A stretch of DNA of 64,000 nucleotides, taken from positions 6,725-70,724 of the forward strand of contig JABJED010000264.1 of NCBI GenBank assembly GCA_018665025.1, given 5' to 3'. A program made the position numbers and the translations under genes. Shown piece after piece: positions 46,771-56,481 of the stretch (positions are counted from its first letter, which is position 1; each line of letters opens with the position of its first letter). The notes below the pieces were generated by a model. It did not search any database, was not told where the DNA came from, and saw only the letters and a list, made by a program, of their open reading frames with translations. Source of the stretch: Gammaproteobacteria bacterium (GTDB lineage Bacteria; Pseudomonadota; Gammaproteobacteria; Pseudomonadales; Azotimanducaceae).

Positions 46771-48294
46771 ATGCTAGACTCATTGCTGGTTCAATTTTTA
46801 TATGGTGACAGGTTTTTGCAGAGAGCCCTCGTACTAATATCGTTTTTATTCTTCTCGCTACCGGGCGTGTCTCTGGCTGGCGGTACCTTTCGTGCTAGCC
46901 ATGCCATGGAATATGGTGGTGCTGAGAATCTAAATCCTTACGACCCCAATCGATTTACCCCAACGATCTACTACCTTTATAGCAGACTCGTCAGACCGGA
47001 CAACAAAGATAGCCCTTCTCCTGATCTGGCTTTGTCGTGGTCAGGGAACGAGACAGCAACGATCTGGCGATTTAATCTGAGGCACGAAGTCACTTTTCAT
47101 GACGGGTCAAGCTTTGATGCCACTGACGTCGCCTATTCAATGTCGTTCATGCTGGATCCCGCCATAGACTCACCACTGATTTCTACACTCGGTATCGTCG
47201 ATCATGTCGAGGTGATCGATCAGTACACTGTCGACATGCATCTCAAGGCAGCTCACGCAGATTTCCCTGTGTTGTTGATGGACTATCGAGCACGAATCAT
47301 TCCGGAAGACATCGGCATGGATATTCGCGAAAAGGGCATCGGCACAGGACCCTTTGTGTTGTCCGATCTTGATCCGGAAGGCATCACCAGACTGGTTGCC
47401 AATCCCGATTATTTCCTGGGTCCACCTGGACTCGATGGTATCGAAATCATCGCGGTTAACGACGCCAACGCTAGAATGCAGGCGTTACTGTCAGATCAGC
47501 TGGACATCGTCGAGCGCATCAGCCCAAGGCTGGAAGGATTATTTCGCGGCAATGATCGCTTCAGTGTGCAACGTTTTCCAACGGGCGACATGAATCCCAT
47601 CGTTTTTCGCACCGACATGCCGCCTTTCGACGATGTGAGGGTTCGGAAGGCCATTCGTGTCGCCGTCGATCGGCAAAAGCTGATTAACACCGCGGTGGGT
47701 CACGGCGGTGCTGTCGTTGCCTGCGACCACCCGGTGTGGCCCGGTGATCCCTATCGCTGGCCCGGCGAGTGTAAACAGGACCAGGCACTGGCGAGACAAC
47801 TGCTGGCAGAAGCGGGATATGAGGACACGCTGGAATTTGATCTTTACACGACCACACTGTTCGCGGCGGGAGTAAGCATTGCCGAGGTTTACCAGAAGCA
47901 GCTTTCTGAAGTCGGCGTGAAGGTTAACATCATCCTGGCTCCGGCTGACGGTTACTACGGGGATGTCTGGTTAACTAAATCTGCCTGTGTCGGCTACTGG
48001 AGTCACCGGCCAGCAGATCAATACCTCAACGAACTCTATCGGTCTGGAGGTGCCTGGAATGAAACCTACTGGAATCGCCCGGACTTCGATGCATTGCTCG
48101 ATGCTGCAAGGGCCGAACTTGATTTCGAAAAACGTAAAGCGCGCTACTGGCAGGCTCAGGAAATGTTGTTTGAAGAAGGTGGCAGTTTCATGCCCATGCA
48201 CTACGTCAACATTCGGGTGTTAAACGCTGCGGTCAAAAACCTTGAGCCCATCATGGAATTTGCTGTGCCGTGGTACAAGGTTACCAAGGACTAG
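46771..48294 (+). CDS. ABC transporter substrate-binding protein, family 5 (peptide/opine/nickel type)
   Basis: Signal peptide (ALVLISFLFFSLPGVSLA) and about 500 aa with family-5 features (LVRPDNKDSPSPDLALSW, FHDGSSFDATDV). The start is uncertain: ATG 46771 or an internal TTG. Confidence 0.85.
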   Translation: MLDSLLVQFLYGDRFLQRALVLISFLFFSLPGVSLAGGTFRASHAMEYGGAENLNPYDPNRFTPTIYYLYSRLVRPDNKDSPSPDLALSWSGNETATIWRFNLRHEVTFHDGSSFDATDVAYSMSFMLDPAIDSPLISTLGIVDHVEVIDQYTVDMHLKAAHADFPVLLMDYRARIIPEDIGMDIREKGIGTGPFVLSDLDPEGITRLVANPDYFLGPPGLDGIEIIAVNDANARMQALLSDQLDIVERISPRLEGLFRGNDRFSVQRFPTGDMNPIVFRTDMPPFDDVRVRKAIRVAVDRQKLINTAVGHGGAVVACDHPVWPGDPYRWPGECKQDQALARQLLAEAGYEDTLEFDLYTTTLFAAGVSIAEVYQKQLSEVGVKVNIILAPADGYYGDVWLTKSACVGYWSHRPADQYLNELYRSGGAWNETYWNRPDFDALLDAARAELDFEKRKARYWQAQEMLFEEGGSFMPMHYVNIRVLNAAVKNLEPIMEFAVPWYKVTKD

Positions 48295-48297
48295 GTT

Positions 48298-48873
48298 ATG
48301 AATACCGTCAGTTTCTCGGCTATGGCAGACGGCACTGAAGCCGACTACCGTTTACTTGATGAATTACAACAGACCCACGTTGACGGTCTGCCAGATAGAA
48401 TTCTGAGCGCGCTGCAGGGGCTGACCAACAGTCTCGATGGCTACAAAATCGATCGCTTGCAGCATTCCCTGCAAGCCGCGACCCGGGCGGAAGCTGACGG
48501 CATGGACATCGAGTGGATCGTCGCTGCCCTGATTCATGATATCGGCGATGACCTTGCACCACTCAACCATTCACAACTCGCAGCGGCACTGATCCGGCCC
48601 TATGTACGGGCTGAGGTCACCTGGGTAGTAGACATGCACGGGCTCTTTCAGATGGTTTATTACGCAGAATTCCTGGGTGAGGATCCTAATGGTCACGACG
48701 CCTACAAGGATCATCCTTTCTATGAAAGCTGTGTCAGGTTTTGTCAGCGCTGGGATCAGTCGTCGTTCGACCCTGACTATCCCATGCAGAGCCTCGAACA
48801 CTTTGCGCCGATGGTGCGGGAGGTTTTCTCAAGACCGGCATTCGATCCGAAGATCATCGGAGAGCTTCCCTAA
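48298..48873 (+). CDS. HD-domain protein of the PhnZ/TmpB (mixed-valent diiron oxygenase) type
   Basis: 191 aa with a six-ligand H...HD...H...H...D pattern: LQHSLQAATRAEADGMDIEWIVAALIHDIGD...LNHSQLAA...VDMHGLF...RWDQSSFD. Starts 3 nt after the SBP stop. Its stop overlaps the convergent ATPase gene stop by 4 nt. Confidence 0.65.
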   Translation: MNTVSFSAMADGTEADYRLLDELQQTHVDGLPDRILSALQGLTNSLDGYKIDRLQHSLQAATRAEADGMDIEWIVAALIHDIGDDLAPLNHSQLAAALIRPYVRAEVTWVVDMHGLFQMVYYAEFLGEDPNGHDAYKDHPFYESCVRFCQRWDQSSFDPDYPMQSLEHFAPMVREVFSRPAFDPKIIGELP

Positions 48874-50681
48874 AGTACTGAATCCAGCAACGAACGAGTG
48901 TACGCATGCTGAGGGTTTCTAAAAACAGCGGCCGCAGCGCCCGCTTCACGTATCTCCCCTTTCTGTAACACAATCACCTCATCACAAAGTGTTTCGACGA
49001 CGGCCAGATCATGTGAGACAAACAGCAGTGACAGATCACTTTCAGATCGCAACACCAGCAACAATTTGATAATTGACGCCTGAACCGACACGTCAAGTGC
49101 TGAAGTAATCTCATCACACAGTATCAGGTCAGGTTTTGCAGCCAGTGCCCGTGCAATAGCAACACGTTGTTTTTCGCCACCAGACAACTGAGCGGGAAAG
49201 CGCCGACGATACGAAACTGGCAGGTTGACCCGCTCAAGTAACGCATCGACTTCATCCTCTATCGCACCACGCTCAAAATCGAAGTACAGTTCGACTGGTC
49301 GGCGTAAAATTTCTTCGATTGTTTTTCTCGGATTGAGCGACGCATCAGGATTCTGGAAGACCAGTTGCACTTTACGCAGACACTCCCGGTGCCGTGACTC
49401 AACCGGCAAAGCAAGATCATGTTCATCCAACAAGGTGATGCGGCCCTGATAAGGCCGCTGCAGTCCCGCGACAGTTTTGAGAATCGTGCTCTTACCACTG
49501 CCGGATTCGCCAACAAGGCCCAGAATCTCCCCACGCCTGATTCGAAAACTGATGTCGCGAGTGGTCAATGTTGGTTCATGGCCCCTCAGTTTTCTGAACA
49601 ACGACGGTCGTTCGTAGCTGACGCCGAGTCCTTCAACTTCAAGCACCGTGTTTTCACCGGGTTCAACCGTGACAATTTCCAGACCAGGACGGATCAGGTC
49701 CTGAGACACCGCCGCTTCTACCAGATTACATTTCACCTCTCGGTCCAGCAACTGCCGGGTCAGCGGTGTCATCTCCCTGCAGTGTTGCTCTACCAGCGGG
49801 CATCGTTCTGCGTAGACACATCCGGCCATCGAACCTCGCTTACCGGGTTGCGGCAACATGCCCTCAATGGCCTGGGGTAAGGTCTGCTGGTGGAGATGAG
49901 GAATGCTGGCGAGCAGACCCTGGGTGTAAGGGTGAACGGGCGATTCCAAAAGGACTTCTCGGCTGCCTTTTTCAACCACCTCACCGGCATACATGATCGC
50001 TATCTGGCGACAGACAGTACTGATTACGCCGATATCATGACTGACGTAGACCATTGCCGTATTAGATTCAGCCGATATTTTCTGAAGCAATTCCAGCACA
50101 TGTGCCTGTGTGGTGACGTCCAATCCCGTGGTCGGTTCATCCAGCAGTAATAGATCAGGTTCTCCTGCCAGCGCCATAGCAATCGCAACACGCTGCTGCT
50201 GACCACCCGAGAGCTCGTGGGGATAGCGGGTCAGGATCTGCTCAGGCGTCGGCAGTCTCACTCGCTCGAACAACTCAATGCACCGTGCATTCCAATGCGC
50301 TGGTGCGATGTTGGCATGCAGACTCAACGCTTCAAACATCTGCGCTTCGATTCTAAGTGTGGGTGTCAACGCCTGCCCCGCATTCTGCGGGATTAGCGCC
50401 ATTCGACCACCACGTAGAAGCTGCAATTGATGGGCGGCGAGCTCTCCAGGGTCCTCACCCTGAAACGTCACTGACCCGTTCAATCGACTTAAGCCTGTTT
50501 TGTAGTAGCCCATAATGGCCAACAGGAGCGTACTCTTACCGCAACCACTCTCGCCCACCAGACCCAGCGTATCGCCCGCCGCTAGTGTCAAATTGACATC
50601 ATGGACTATCGGCACCTCGCGCCCGTCTGAACCGGGGTAGCCAATGGTAAGGTTTTCAATCGAGAGTAACGACTCACTCAT
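48870..50681 (-). CDS. ABC transporter ATP-binding protein, fused double ATPase (DppD/DppF type)
   Basis: Two Walker A sites (GESGCGKST, GESGSGKST), two signatures (LSGGQQQRV, LSGGEKQRV) and two Walker B sites. Confidence 0.95.
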   Translation of the reverse strand: MSESLLSIENLTIGYPGSDGREVPIVHDVNLTLAAGDTLGLVGESGCGKSTLLLAIMGYYKTGLSRLNGSVTFQGEDPGELAAHQLQLLRGGRMALIPQNAGQALTPTLRIEAQMFEALSLHANIAPAHWNARCIELFERVRLPTPEQILTRYPHELSGGQQQRVAIAMALAGEPDLLLLDEPTTGLDVTTQAHVLELLQKISAESNTAMVYVSHDIGVISTVCRQIAIMYAGEVVEKGSREVLLESPVHPYTQGLLASIPHLHQQTLPQAIEGMLPQPGKRGSMAGCVYAERCPLVEQHCREMTPLTRQLLDREVKCNLVEAAVSQDLIRPGLEIVTVEPGENTVLEVEGLGVSYERPSLFRKLRGHEPTLTTRDISFRIRRGEILGLVGESGSGKSTILKTVAGLQRPYQGRITLLDEHDLALPVESRHRECLRKVQLVFQNPDASLNPRKTIEEILRRPVELYFDFERGAIEDEVDALLERVNLPVSYRRRFPAQLSGGEKQRVAIARALAAKPDLILCDEITSALDVSVQASIIKLLLVLRSESDLSLLFVSHDLAVVETLCDEVIVLQKGEIREAGAAAAVFRNPQHAYTRSLLDSVL

Positions 50682-51529
50682 ACCGGCGTTCTCGTCGTTT
50701 TATCCAGGCCCATCGATTTCGCCATGGCGTCCGCGGTCAGATTGATACCGATGATCAATGAACTGAGCGCAATCATTGGAACGAGTACGGGCCACGGAGC
50801 AAGCGGCAGATAAATTCTGGAATTGGCAATCATTAATCCCCAATCCGGCGTTGGTGGCGTCACACCAAAACCGAGAAACGACAGGGCGCTGAATGCCAGC
50901 AGCATCCAAGACCAACGCATCGCGCTTTCCACCATTAGGACATCGCGCACGTTCGGCAAAATCTCTCTGAAAATAACGCTCAGGGTTCCTTCGCCTCGCG
51001 CTCTGGCTGCGAGCACATAGTCCTTTACAACGATCTCAAGTGTCGCAGCACGAGCAAGGCGCACGACGCCAATACCGTAAAAAAATCCGAGTGTGAAAAT
51101 CATCACATGAGCCCCATTGCCGAAACTCGCGATGACCAGCAGCAAAAATATCATCCAGGGAATCGCCAGGAATATGTCAACCGATCGCATAATCAACTCA
51201 TCGAACCGACCGCCCAGGAAGCCAGCAAGAATCCCGAAAAAACCACCCCACGTGACGGCCAGAAAAGTGCCGAAAAGCGTCACCAGAATCGCTTCCCTAC
51301 CACCGAGCATCGTGCGGGTGAGCACGTCCCTACCAAGCGTATCGAGACCTGCCCAGTGTTGCAGCGACGGCCCAATGTGGTCGATGACCTCTGCCTGCGC
51401 ATTAAATTCATAAGGGACGATCCAGGGGGACGCCACTGCCATCACCAGATGAAAGATTACAATCGAGAAACCAATTTTGCCTGATCTTGACGCCAGCACG
51501 CCCTCCAGAATCTCTCGAAGAATATTCAT
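50678..51529 (-). CDS. ABC transporter permease (DppC-like)
   Basis: Six TM segments, EAA-like region ARARGEGTLSVIFREILPNV, 4-nt overlaps on both sides. Confidence 0.9.
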   Translation of the reverse strand: MNILREILEGVLASRSGKIGFSIVIFHLVMAVASPWIVPYEFNAQAEVIDHIGPSLQHWAGLDTLGRDVLTRTMLGGREAILVTLFGTFLAVTWGGFFGILAGFLGGRFDELIMRSVDIFLAIPWMIFLLLVIASFGNGAHVMIFTLGFFYGIGVVRLARAATLEIVVKDYVLAARARGEGTLSVIFREILPNVRDVLMVESAMRWSWMLLAFSALSFLGFGVTPPTPDWGLMIANSRIYLPLAPWPVLVPMIALSSLIIGINLTADAMAKSMGLDKTTRTPV

Positions 51530-52482
51530 GACTGCAGGCTCTGAGTGCGCAGCTTGGGGTTGAGCAGCAAGGACAATAGATCAGCGATAAGATTCAGCGC
51601 GACATAAATCGACGCCATGAGCAAGGCAATAGCCTGCACCAGAGGAAAGTCCCGATCCGAAATCGCATTAACCGACAATCTGCCGATCCCTGGATAGTTG
51701 AACACCACCTCAACCACCAGCACACCGCCAATCAGCCACGCGATATTGAGCGCGATTAGATTGATCGCCGGTAACAGAGCATTGGGTAGCGCGTGCATCA
51801 CGACCAGGCGCAATCGCGGTAAGCCTTTCAGTTGCCCCATCTGGACAAAATCTGAAGCGAGCACATCAATCATGCTGGTGCGAACCATCCGCATGATGTG
51901 TGCCACCATCACAAGCGTCAGCGTCATGACCGGCAGAATGATTTTTGAGAGCACTTCCAGTAGCGGTGCATCGGCCCGCATAATGACAATGCCAGGAAAC
52001 CATCCGAGCCAGACACTAAAAAGAGAGATGAGCAGCGTCCCGGTAATGAATTCAGGGACTGTCATGCAGAAAATGGCCACCGAAGAAATCCACAGATCGG
52101 CTTTCCTGTCACGGTAAAGCGCCGCTATCGCACCGAGAACAATTGCCAGGGGAATGCCAATCAGCGCTGCAGTCAGCCCAAGAATTATCGTGTTGCGAAA
52201 TCGAGGGCCGATGACCTCCTCGAGAGGCTTGCTTCGCTTGATGCTCTTGCCTAGATCGCCCTGCGCCAGGCCGACTGCCCAGTCTTTGTACCTGACATAG
52301 GCCGGTGCGCTGAGATTGTGTTCGGCCCGACAGTTTTCAAGTCGCTTGCCCTGTGCCATCTGACCCAAAAATGCCTGGCAGGCGTCTCCAGGCAACATTT
52401 CGACGGCGCTAAAAACGACAACAGAAACCACCCACAGAGTGATGAGAGCATAAACGAAGCGTCTGCCTATGAGAGCGAGCAA
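51526..52482 (-). CDS. ABC transporter permease (DppB-like)
   Basis: MLALIGRRFVYALITLWVVSVVVF..., DFVQMGQLKGLPRLRLVVMHALPNALLP. Confidence 0.9.
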   Translation of the reverse strand: MLALIGRRFVYALITLWVVSVVVFSAVEMLPGDACQAFLGQMAQGKRLENCRAEHNLSAPAYVRYKDWAVGLAQGDLGKSIKRSKPLEEVIGPRFRNTIILGLTAALIGIPLAIVLGAIAALYRDRKADLWISSVAIFCMTVPEFITGTLLISLFSVWLGWFPGIVIMRADAPLLEVLSKIILPVMTLTLVMVAHIMRMVRTSMIDVLASDFVQMGQLKGLPRLRLVVMHALPNALLPAINLIALNIAWLIGGVLVVEVVFNYPGIGRLSVNAISDRDFPLVQAIALLMASIYVALNLIADLLSLLLNPKLRTQSLQS

Positions 52483-52516
52483 ATAATTTCCCTAATTACA
52501 ATGATGGAAGGGGTTT

Positions 52517-53431
52517 CTACTGGCTCTTGTTATCGAGCGCAGCTGAAAAAGCCCTGATGTCCTCAGGGCCGATGCCACAACAACCGCCAATAATACTGGC
52601 ACCCTGATCGATGAAACGAATGCAGGCATCAACAAAATAGTCAGTCGTCAAATCAGTGTGGCGCTCAGTCTTGAGGTCATTGTCCAGCGTCCAGCCTTCC
52701 GGTACCTGAGCGATTCGGTTAGCGTAACAGCCAAGTGGTTTATCCGTCAGGGCTTTCACTTCCTGCAGCCCAAACTCAATCGCTTCAGGCAGGGTGCAGT
52801 TAAAGAAGAATCCGGCCAGGTCGAGATGCGCAATCTTGTTGTAGGCCGCGGTAATGGACTCGCCGCTGCGCAAACCACTGCCGGGCGTCTCGTTGAGGGT
52901 CCAGGAAACGTAGACCGGTTTACCTCCGCCAAAGGCCAGCGCCTGAGTCGCAGCATTGAGGGCCTCGGTTGCCGAAGACATGGTTTCACAAATGAATACG
53001 TCCACATAGGGGGCCAGCGCTTCAACCAGATTCAGATAAACCGGCATCGCCTCATCAGCAGGTGGCACCATGTCAGGACGATAGCTTTCCGAAAGTGGTG
53101 GCAGCGAACCGGCAATCTGTACGGCTTGACCGCTTTCATCTACTGCTCTTCTGGCAAGTTCGCCGCCCAGTCTTGTCAGCGCAACGTAATCATCCTCCCG
53201 TTCCTCTTTCCCGAGGTAACTAGGGATCGTCGAGTAGGTATTGGTGATAATCATCCGGGCACCGGCATCGATGTAATCCCGATGAATTTCGACAACCAGT
53301 TCAGGCTTTTCAATCAGCACGGTGGCAGACCATAGACCTTGCTGCGCGCCCTGATAGCGTTTAGCTATCTCGGCGCCCATTCCACCATCGAGAACGATGA
53401 CCGACATATCTTTCCCCAGAATTGATTTCAC
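52517..53431 (-). CDS. Homocysteine S-methyltransferase family protein (MmuM/BHMT-like)
   Basis: VLDGGMGAEI, ITNTYS, FICETMSS, IIGGCCGIGPEDI (Zn-Cys motif). Confidence 0.85.
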   Translation of the reverse strand: MKSILGKDMSVIVLDGGMGAEIAKRYQGAQQGLWSATVLIEKPELVVEIHRDYIDAGARMIITNTYSTIPSYLGKEEREDDYVALTRLGGELARRAVDESGQAVQIAGSLPPLSESYRPDMVPPADEAMPVYLNLVEALAPYVDVFICETMSSATEALNAATQALAFGGGKPVYVSWTLNETPGSGLRSGESITAAYNKIAHLDLAGFFFNCTLPEAIEFGLQEVKALTDKPLGCYANRIAQVPEGWTLDNDLKTERHTDLTTDYFVDACIRFIDQGASIIGGCCGIGPEDIRAFSAALDNKSQ

Positions 53432-53464
53432 ACGTTCTTTGACTATATCACTGTTCGACGCAGA

Positions 53465-54490
53465 CTATTTCGGCCAGGCGCATAATCCCAGGCGAACATT
53501 GTCAGTGGCCTGGACTTTCTCTGGTGTAATCAACTTATTTTTGTTGTTTGCGCACACTAGAACATCATCACCATAGCCCGCGATATCCAGCAGGATCTGG
53601 TCCAGGTGGCGATACTGAACGTCATGTCCTTCTCCAGCATATTCCCGCATTGTCACATCGGCTGCCGGAAAAGTATTACGCCAGACCTGCAAGTCCTCTT
53701 CACCCAGCACCGTATCGGCGAGACCGCGATAAACAAAGACCGGGACTTTAACGTTTGACGTGTCGATCGCACCTTCTTTGCAATAAAGGGAGATTTCGTG
53801 ATCCAGTGGCGTTGCATCTGCCATCTGGCCACGCAAATTGTGAGCTCTTGCGGCCTCATCAAACGCAGTGTCCTGAAAGCCTTGTACCTGGTGCATGGGG
53901 CTGTCTGGCGCAAAGCCGAAAAACCGCATCGGCTGGTGCAACATGTCACGATATCCACTGGCCGGTGAATCCTGACCACATCTCGACGGTTGGCCGAGCG
54001 ACGGCGATGTCGCGGCCATGTGGACTGACAAGAGTCGGTTGGTATTACGTGAGGCGATCTTTGCCGTGTATGGACCGCCGCCGGAAATACCAAACACTGC
54101 GAACTTATCAACACCGACATGACTCAATACGGCTTCAACATCTTCGGAAAAATCTGCCATGTCCAGATCAGGATCGTATTCGGTCTGGCCGAAGCCATTT
54201 CGTTCAACCGTAATCACCCGAATCTGCAGCGTTTCCCGCATCGATCTTAAAAAATCGAGCAATCGAATGACACGGACCGAAGTGCCGAGGCCACCTGTAA
54301 ACACCACCGGCAACCAATCTGGTTCGCCATCGTCGATGTAGTGCACTCTTCTGCCATCGGCCAACACCAGTTCTTGAACTGTGGGACCCAGCGAATCGAA
54401 CACTTCCGGCAGCACATTGCCGGGGAGATCAGGTTTTGCCAGAGCAGCGACCGGCATCAATAATCCGATGAGCAACAAGATGATTTTCAT
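53465..54490 (-). CDS. Secreted alpha/beta hydrolase
   Basis: Signal peptide MKIILLLIGLLMPVAALA (ATG 54490) and nucleophile elbow VFGISGGGPY. Confidence 0.8.
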   Translation of the reverse strand: MKIILLLIGLLMPVAALAKPDLPGNVLPEVFDSLGPTVQELVLADGRRVHYIDDGEPDWLPVVFTGGLGTSVRVIRLLDFLRSMRETLQIRVITVERNGFGQTEYDPDLDMADFSEDVEAVLSHVGVDKFAVFGISGGGPYTAKIASRNTNRLLSVHMAATSPSLGQPSRCGQDSPASGYRDMLHQPMRFFGFAPDSPMHQVQGFQDTAFDEAARAHNLRGQMADATPLDHEISLYCKEGAIDTSNVKVPVFVYRGLADTVLGEEDLQVWRNTFPAADVTMREYAGEGHDVQYRHLDQILLDIAGYGDDVLVCANNKNKLITPEKVQATDNVRLGLCAWPK

Positions 54491-54709
54491 GAAAGTTACC
54501 ATCACCATTAAAGTCATGACCCTACCATGGCAGCGCCCTAATCAACTTGCTATATTGAACCTTTAACATGACCCTGAATAACAACACTGTCAGGTCTGGC
54601 ACTGTCTTGATGTCCCCGGCTATGGCCTCGGTGGATTTCTGGGTTACTACTGGGCCGTTGATGCCATTGCCCCCGCCAGGTTGAACCAGGATGCTTTCTT
54701 CGACAGACA

Positions 54710-55222
54710 ATGTCGGGTCATAATGGCGCATTCAGGTCTGAGGCTATACTGACCATGACAACATTATTAAACCGAGCACTAATCCCCACTATGCTGGATC
54801 AGCAAATAGACCTGAGTACTCCGATCATTGGCGGTGACACAATCTGGGCCAATATGTACGCGGCATATGACGCCCTGCAGCAAGCAATGAAATCCATGCT
54901 GCATGAGTTGTCAGCAATCTACGACATGGGCACCCTTAGAAATGATTATCTCGGAGCAACCATGGACACCAATGCCGTCAACCAGGCAATGCGGGAACTG
55001 GGTTCAGCGGTTCACCCGATAACGCCCGTGCATCCTGTGACGGGCAAACGTTTTCTCTACGACCACATCAACCAGCCCGAATTCCAGGTTCGATATCGCT
55101 GGCGAGCCGGCTCCATGGGGCTGTGGGACAATAGGGTGACGCAACACTATGCGATAGCCGATTACCTGCCTCATTACCGCAGGATGCACCGGGTGACGGT
55201 CGTAGACGACGCAAGAGTTTGA
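54710..55222 (+). pseudogene. TauD-family dioxygenase remnant: N-terminal HxD region missing, plus an internal in-frame deletion
   Basis: Retains IIGGDTIWANMYAAYDAL, HPVTGKRFLY and PEFQVRYRWRAGSMGLWDNRVTQHYAIADYLPHYRRMHRVTV. Compared with the intact paralog at 4367..5221, it lacks the first ~95 aa and ~26 aa after ...LY. Confidence 0.7.
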
Positions 55223-55224
55223 CC

Positions 55225-56412
55225 ATGCTGCCTGACGTCCCGGATTTTGATATTTACGCGATTGATCATCTGCCAGAGAAACTCATCGTTGCAGAGCAGA
55301 GGCTCATCATTACCTGGGATGACGGTAAAATCAGCCATTACCCCTTTGTCTGGTTGAGAGAATACAGCCCGGATGCCGGTACTTTTAACGACATCACTCG
55401 GGAACAGAATATCGCCGTGACAGATCTGCCGGATAAACTGAACATCTCGAGCACGGAAATTGGCGCTGACGGCTCAGTCATCGTCAACTGGCAACCCGAA
55501 AACCTGGACAGCCGGTACCACCCGGGATGGCTTCGAGCCCACTGCCCCTCGAACCCAAAACCAAATTTCGAGTTGCCAAAACGAACTCTCTGGACTGCCA
55601 CCAGAACCGCCGCCAGTCAGACCTTCCCACCAACATTTAGTGGCGCACAGATCGACACCGATAAAGAATTTAGCGAGTGGCTGGGCGCTTTACATTCCAG
55701 CGGCGTTGCAGTGATCACAGATCTGCCAATTGAACCCGAAGCACTCGAAAAAGTGGTCGATCGAATCGGTCCCATCAGGACTTCTAACTTCGGTCGGATT
55801 TTCGATGTCGAACTAAAGGCCGAAACAAATTCGAATGCCTATACCTCCCAGCCTCTGAGAGCACACACCGACCTTGCGACCCGCGAATATCAGCCCGGCC
55901 TGCAGTTCTTTTTTTGTATGGAAAATTCAGTCTCCGGCGGAGAAACAATTCTTACAGACGGACTTGCTGTCGCAGAAAAGATTCGCACCGATCACCCTGA
56001 AGAATACGCTTTTCTGACGGAGCAACCCATACCCTTCGTCAATACCGACAGAGATTCTGAATACCGCTACGAAGTCCCTATTTTAGAAACCGATCACCAC
56101 GGCGACATCACTACAGTCCGGTTTACGTATTGGCTTCGCGCGCCGATGACCGGCGATTTGGCGACTCTGGATAACTTATATTCGGCGCTTCGACTATTTC
56201 ATCACTATGCCGACCATGAGGACTACCAGCTTAGATTCCCGCTGAAGCCCGGTGATCTGATCGGGGTTGATAACCGCAGGGTTCTGCATGGGAGAACCGG
56301 CTTTGCACCTGACGCCGGTCATCGTTGGTTGCGTGGTTGCTATATGGAAAGAGAAGAACTCGAGTCACGACTGCGTGTGCTGGATCGGCAAAGGAGAATC
56401 CGATCTGCCTGA
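55225..56412 (+). CDS. Gamma-butyrobetaine hydroxylase-like (BBOX/TmpA-type) Fe(II)/2OG dioxygenase with an N-terminal DUF971 domain
   Basis: N-terminal LIITWDDGKISHYPFVWLREYSPD. Catalytic domain LRAHTDLATREYQPGLQFFFCMENSVSGGETILTDG ... VDNRRVLHGRTGF. ATG 55225 lies 2 nt after the remnant's stop. Confidence 0.8.
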   Translation: MLPDVPDFDIYAIDHLPEKLIVAEQRLIITWDDGKISHYPFVWLREYSPDAGTFNDITREQNIAVTDLPDKLNISSTEIGADGSVIVNWQPENLDSRYHPGWLRAHCPSNPKPNFELPKRTLWTATRTAASQTFPPTFSGAQIDTDKEFSEWLGALHSSGVAVITDLPIEPEALEKVVDRIGPIRTSNFGRIFDVELKAETNSNAYTSQPLRAHTDLATREYQPGLQFFFCMENSVSGGETILTDGLAVAEKIRTDHPEEYAFLTEQPIPFVNTDRDSEYRYEVPILETDHHGDITTVRFTYWLRAPMTGDLATLDNLYSALRLFHHYADHEDYQLRFPLKPGDLIGVDNRRVLHGRTGFAPDAGHRWLRGCYMEREELESRLRVLDRQRRIRSA

Positions 56413-56481
56413 AACCTCCTACGCGACAATCTGCGACTGGGTTTGTGAAGTTGGGGTAGCGCTTCCAGCCTTGTCCGAGCG

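Noticed and set aside
52658-53335. 225-aa + ORF opposite the homocysteine methyltransferase gene, and similar long antisense ORFs (7502..7930, 27776..28267, 49419..49880, 53653..54120, 53755..54213)
   Set aside because: All lie antisense to genes with strong family motifs and have R/G/S-rich, motif-free translations. These are typical shadow ORFs.
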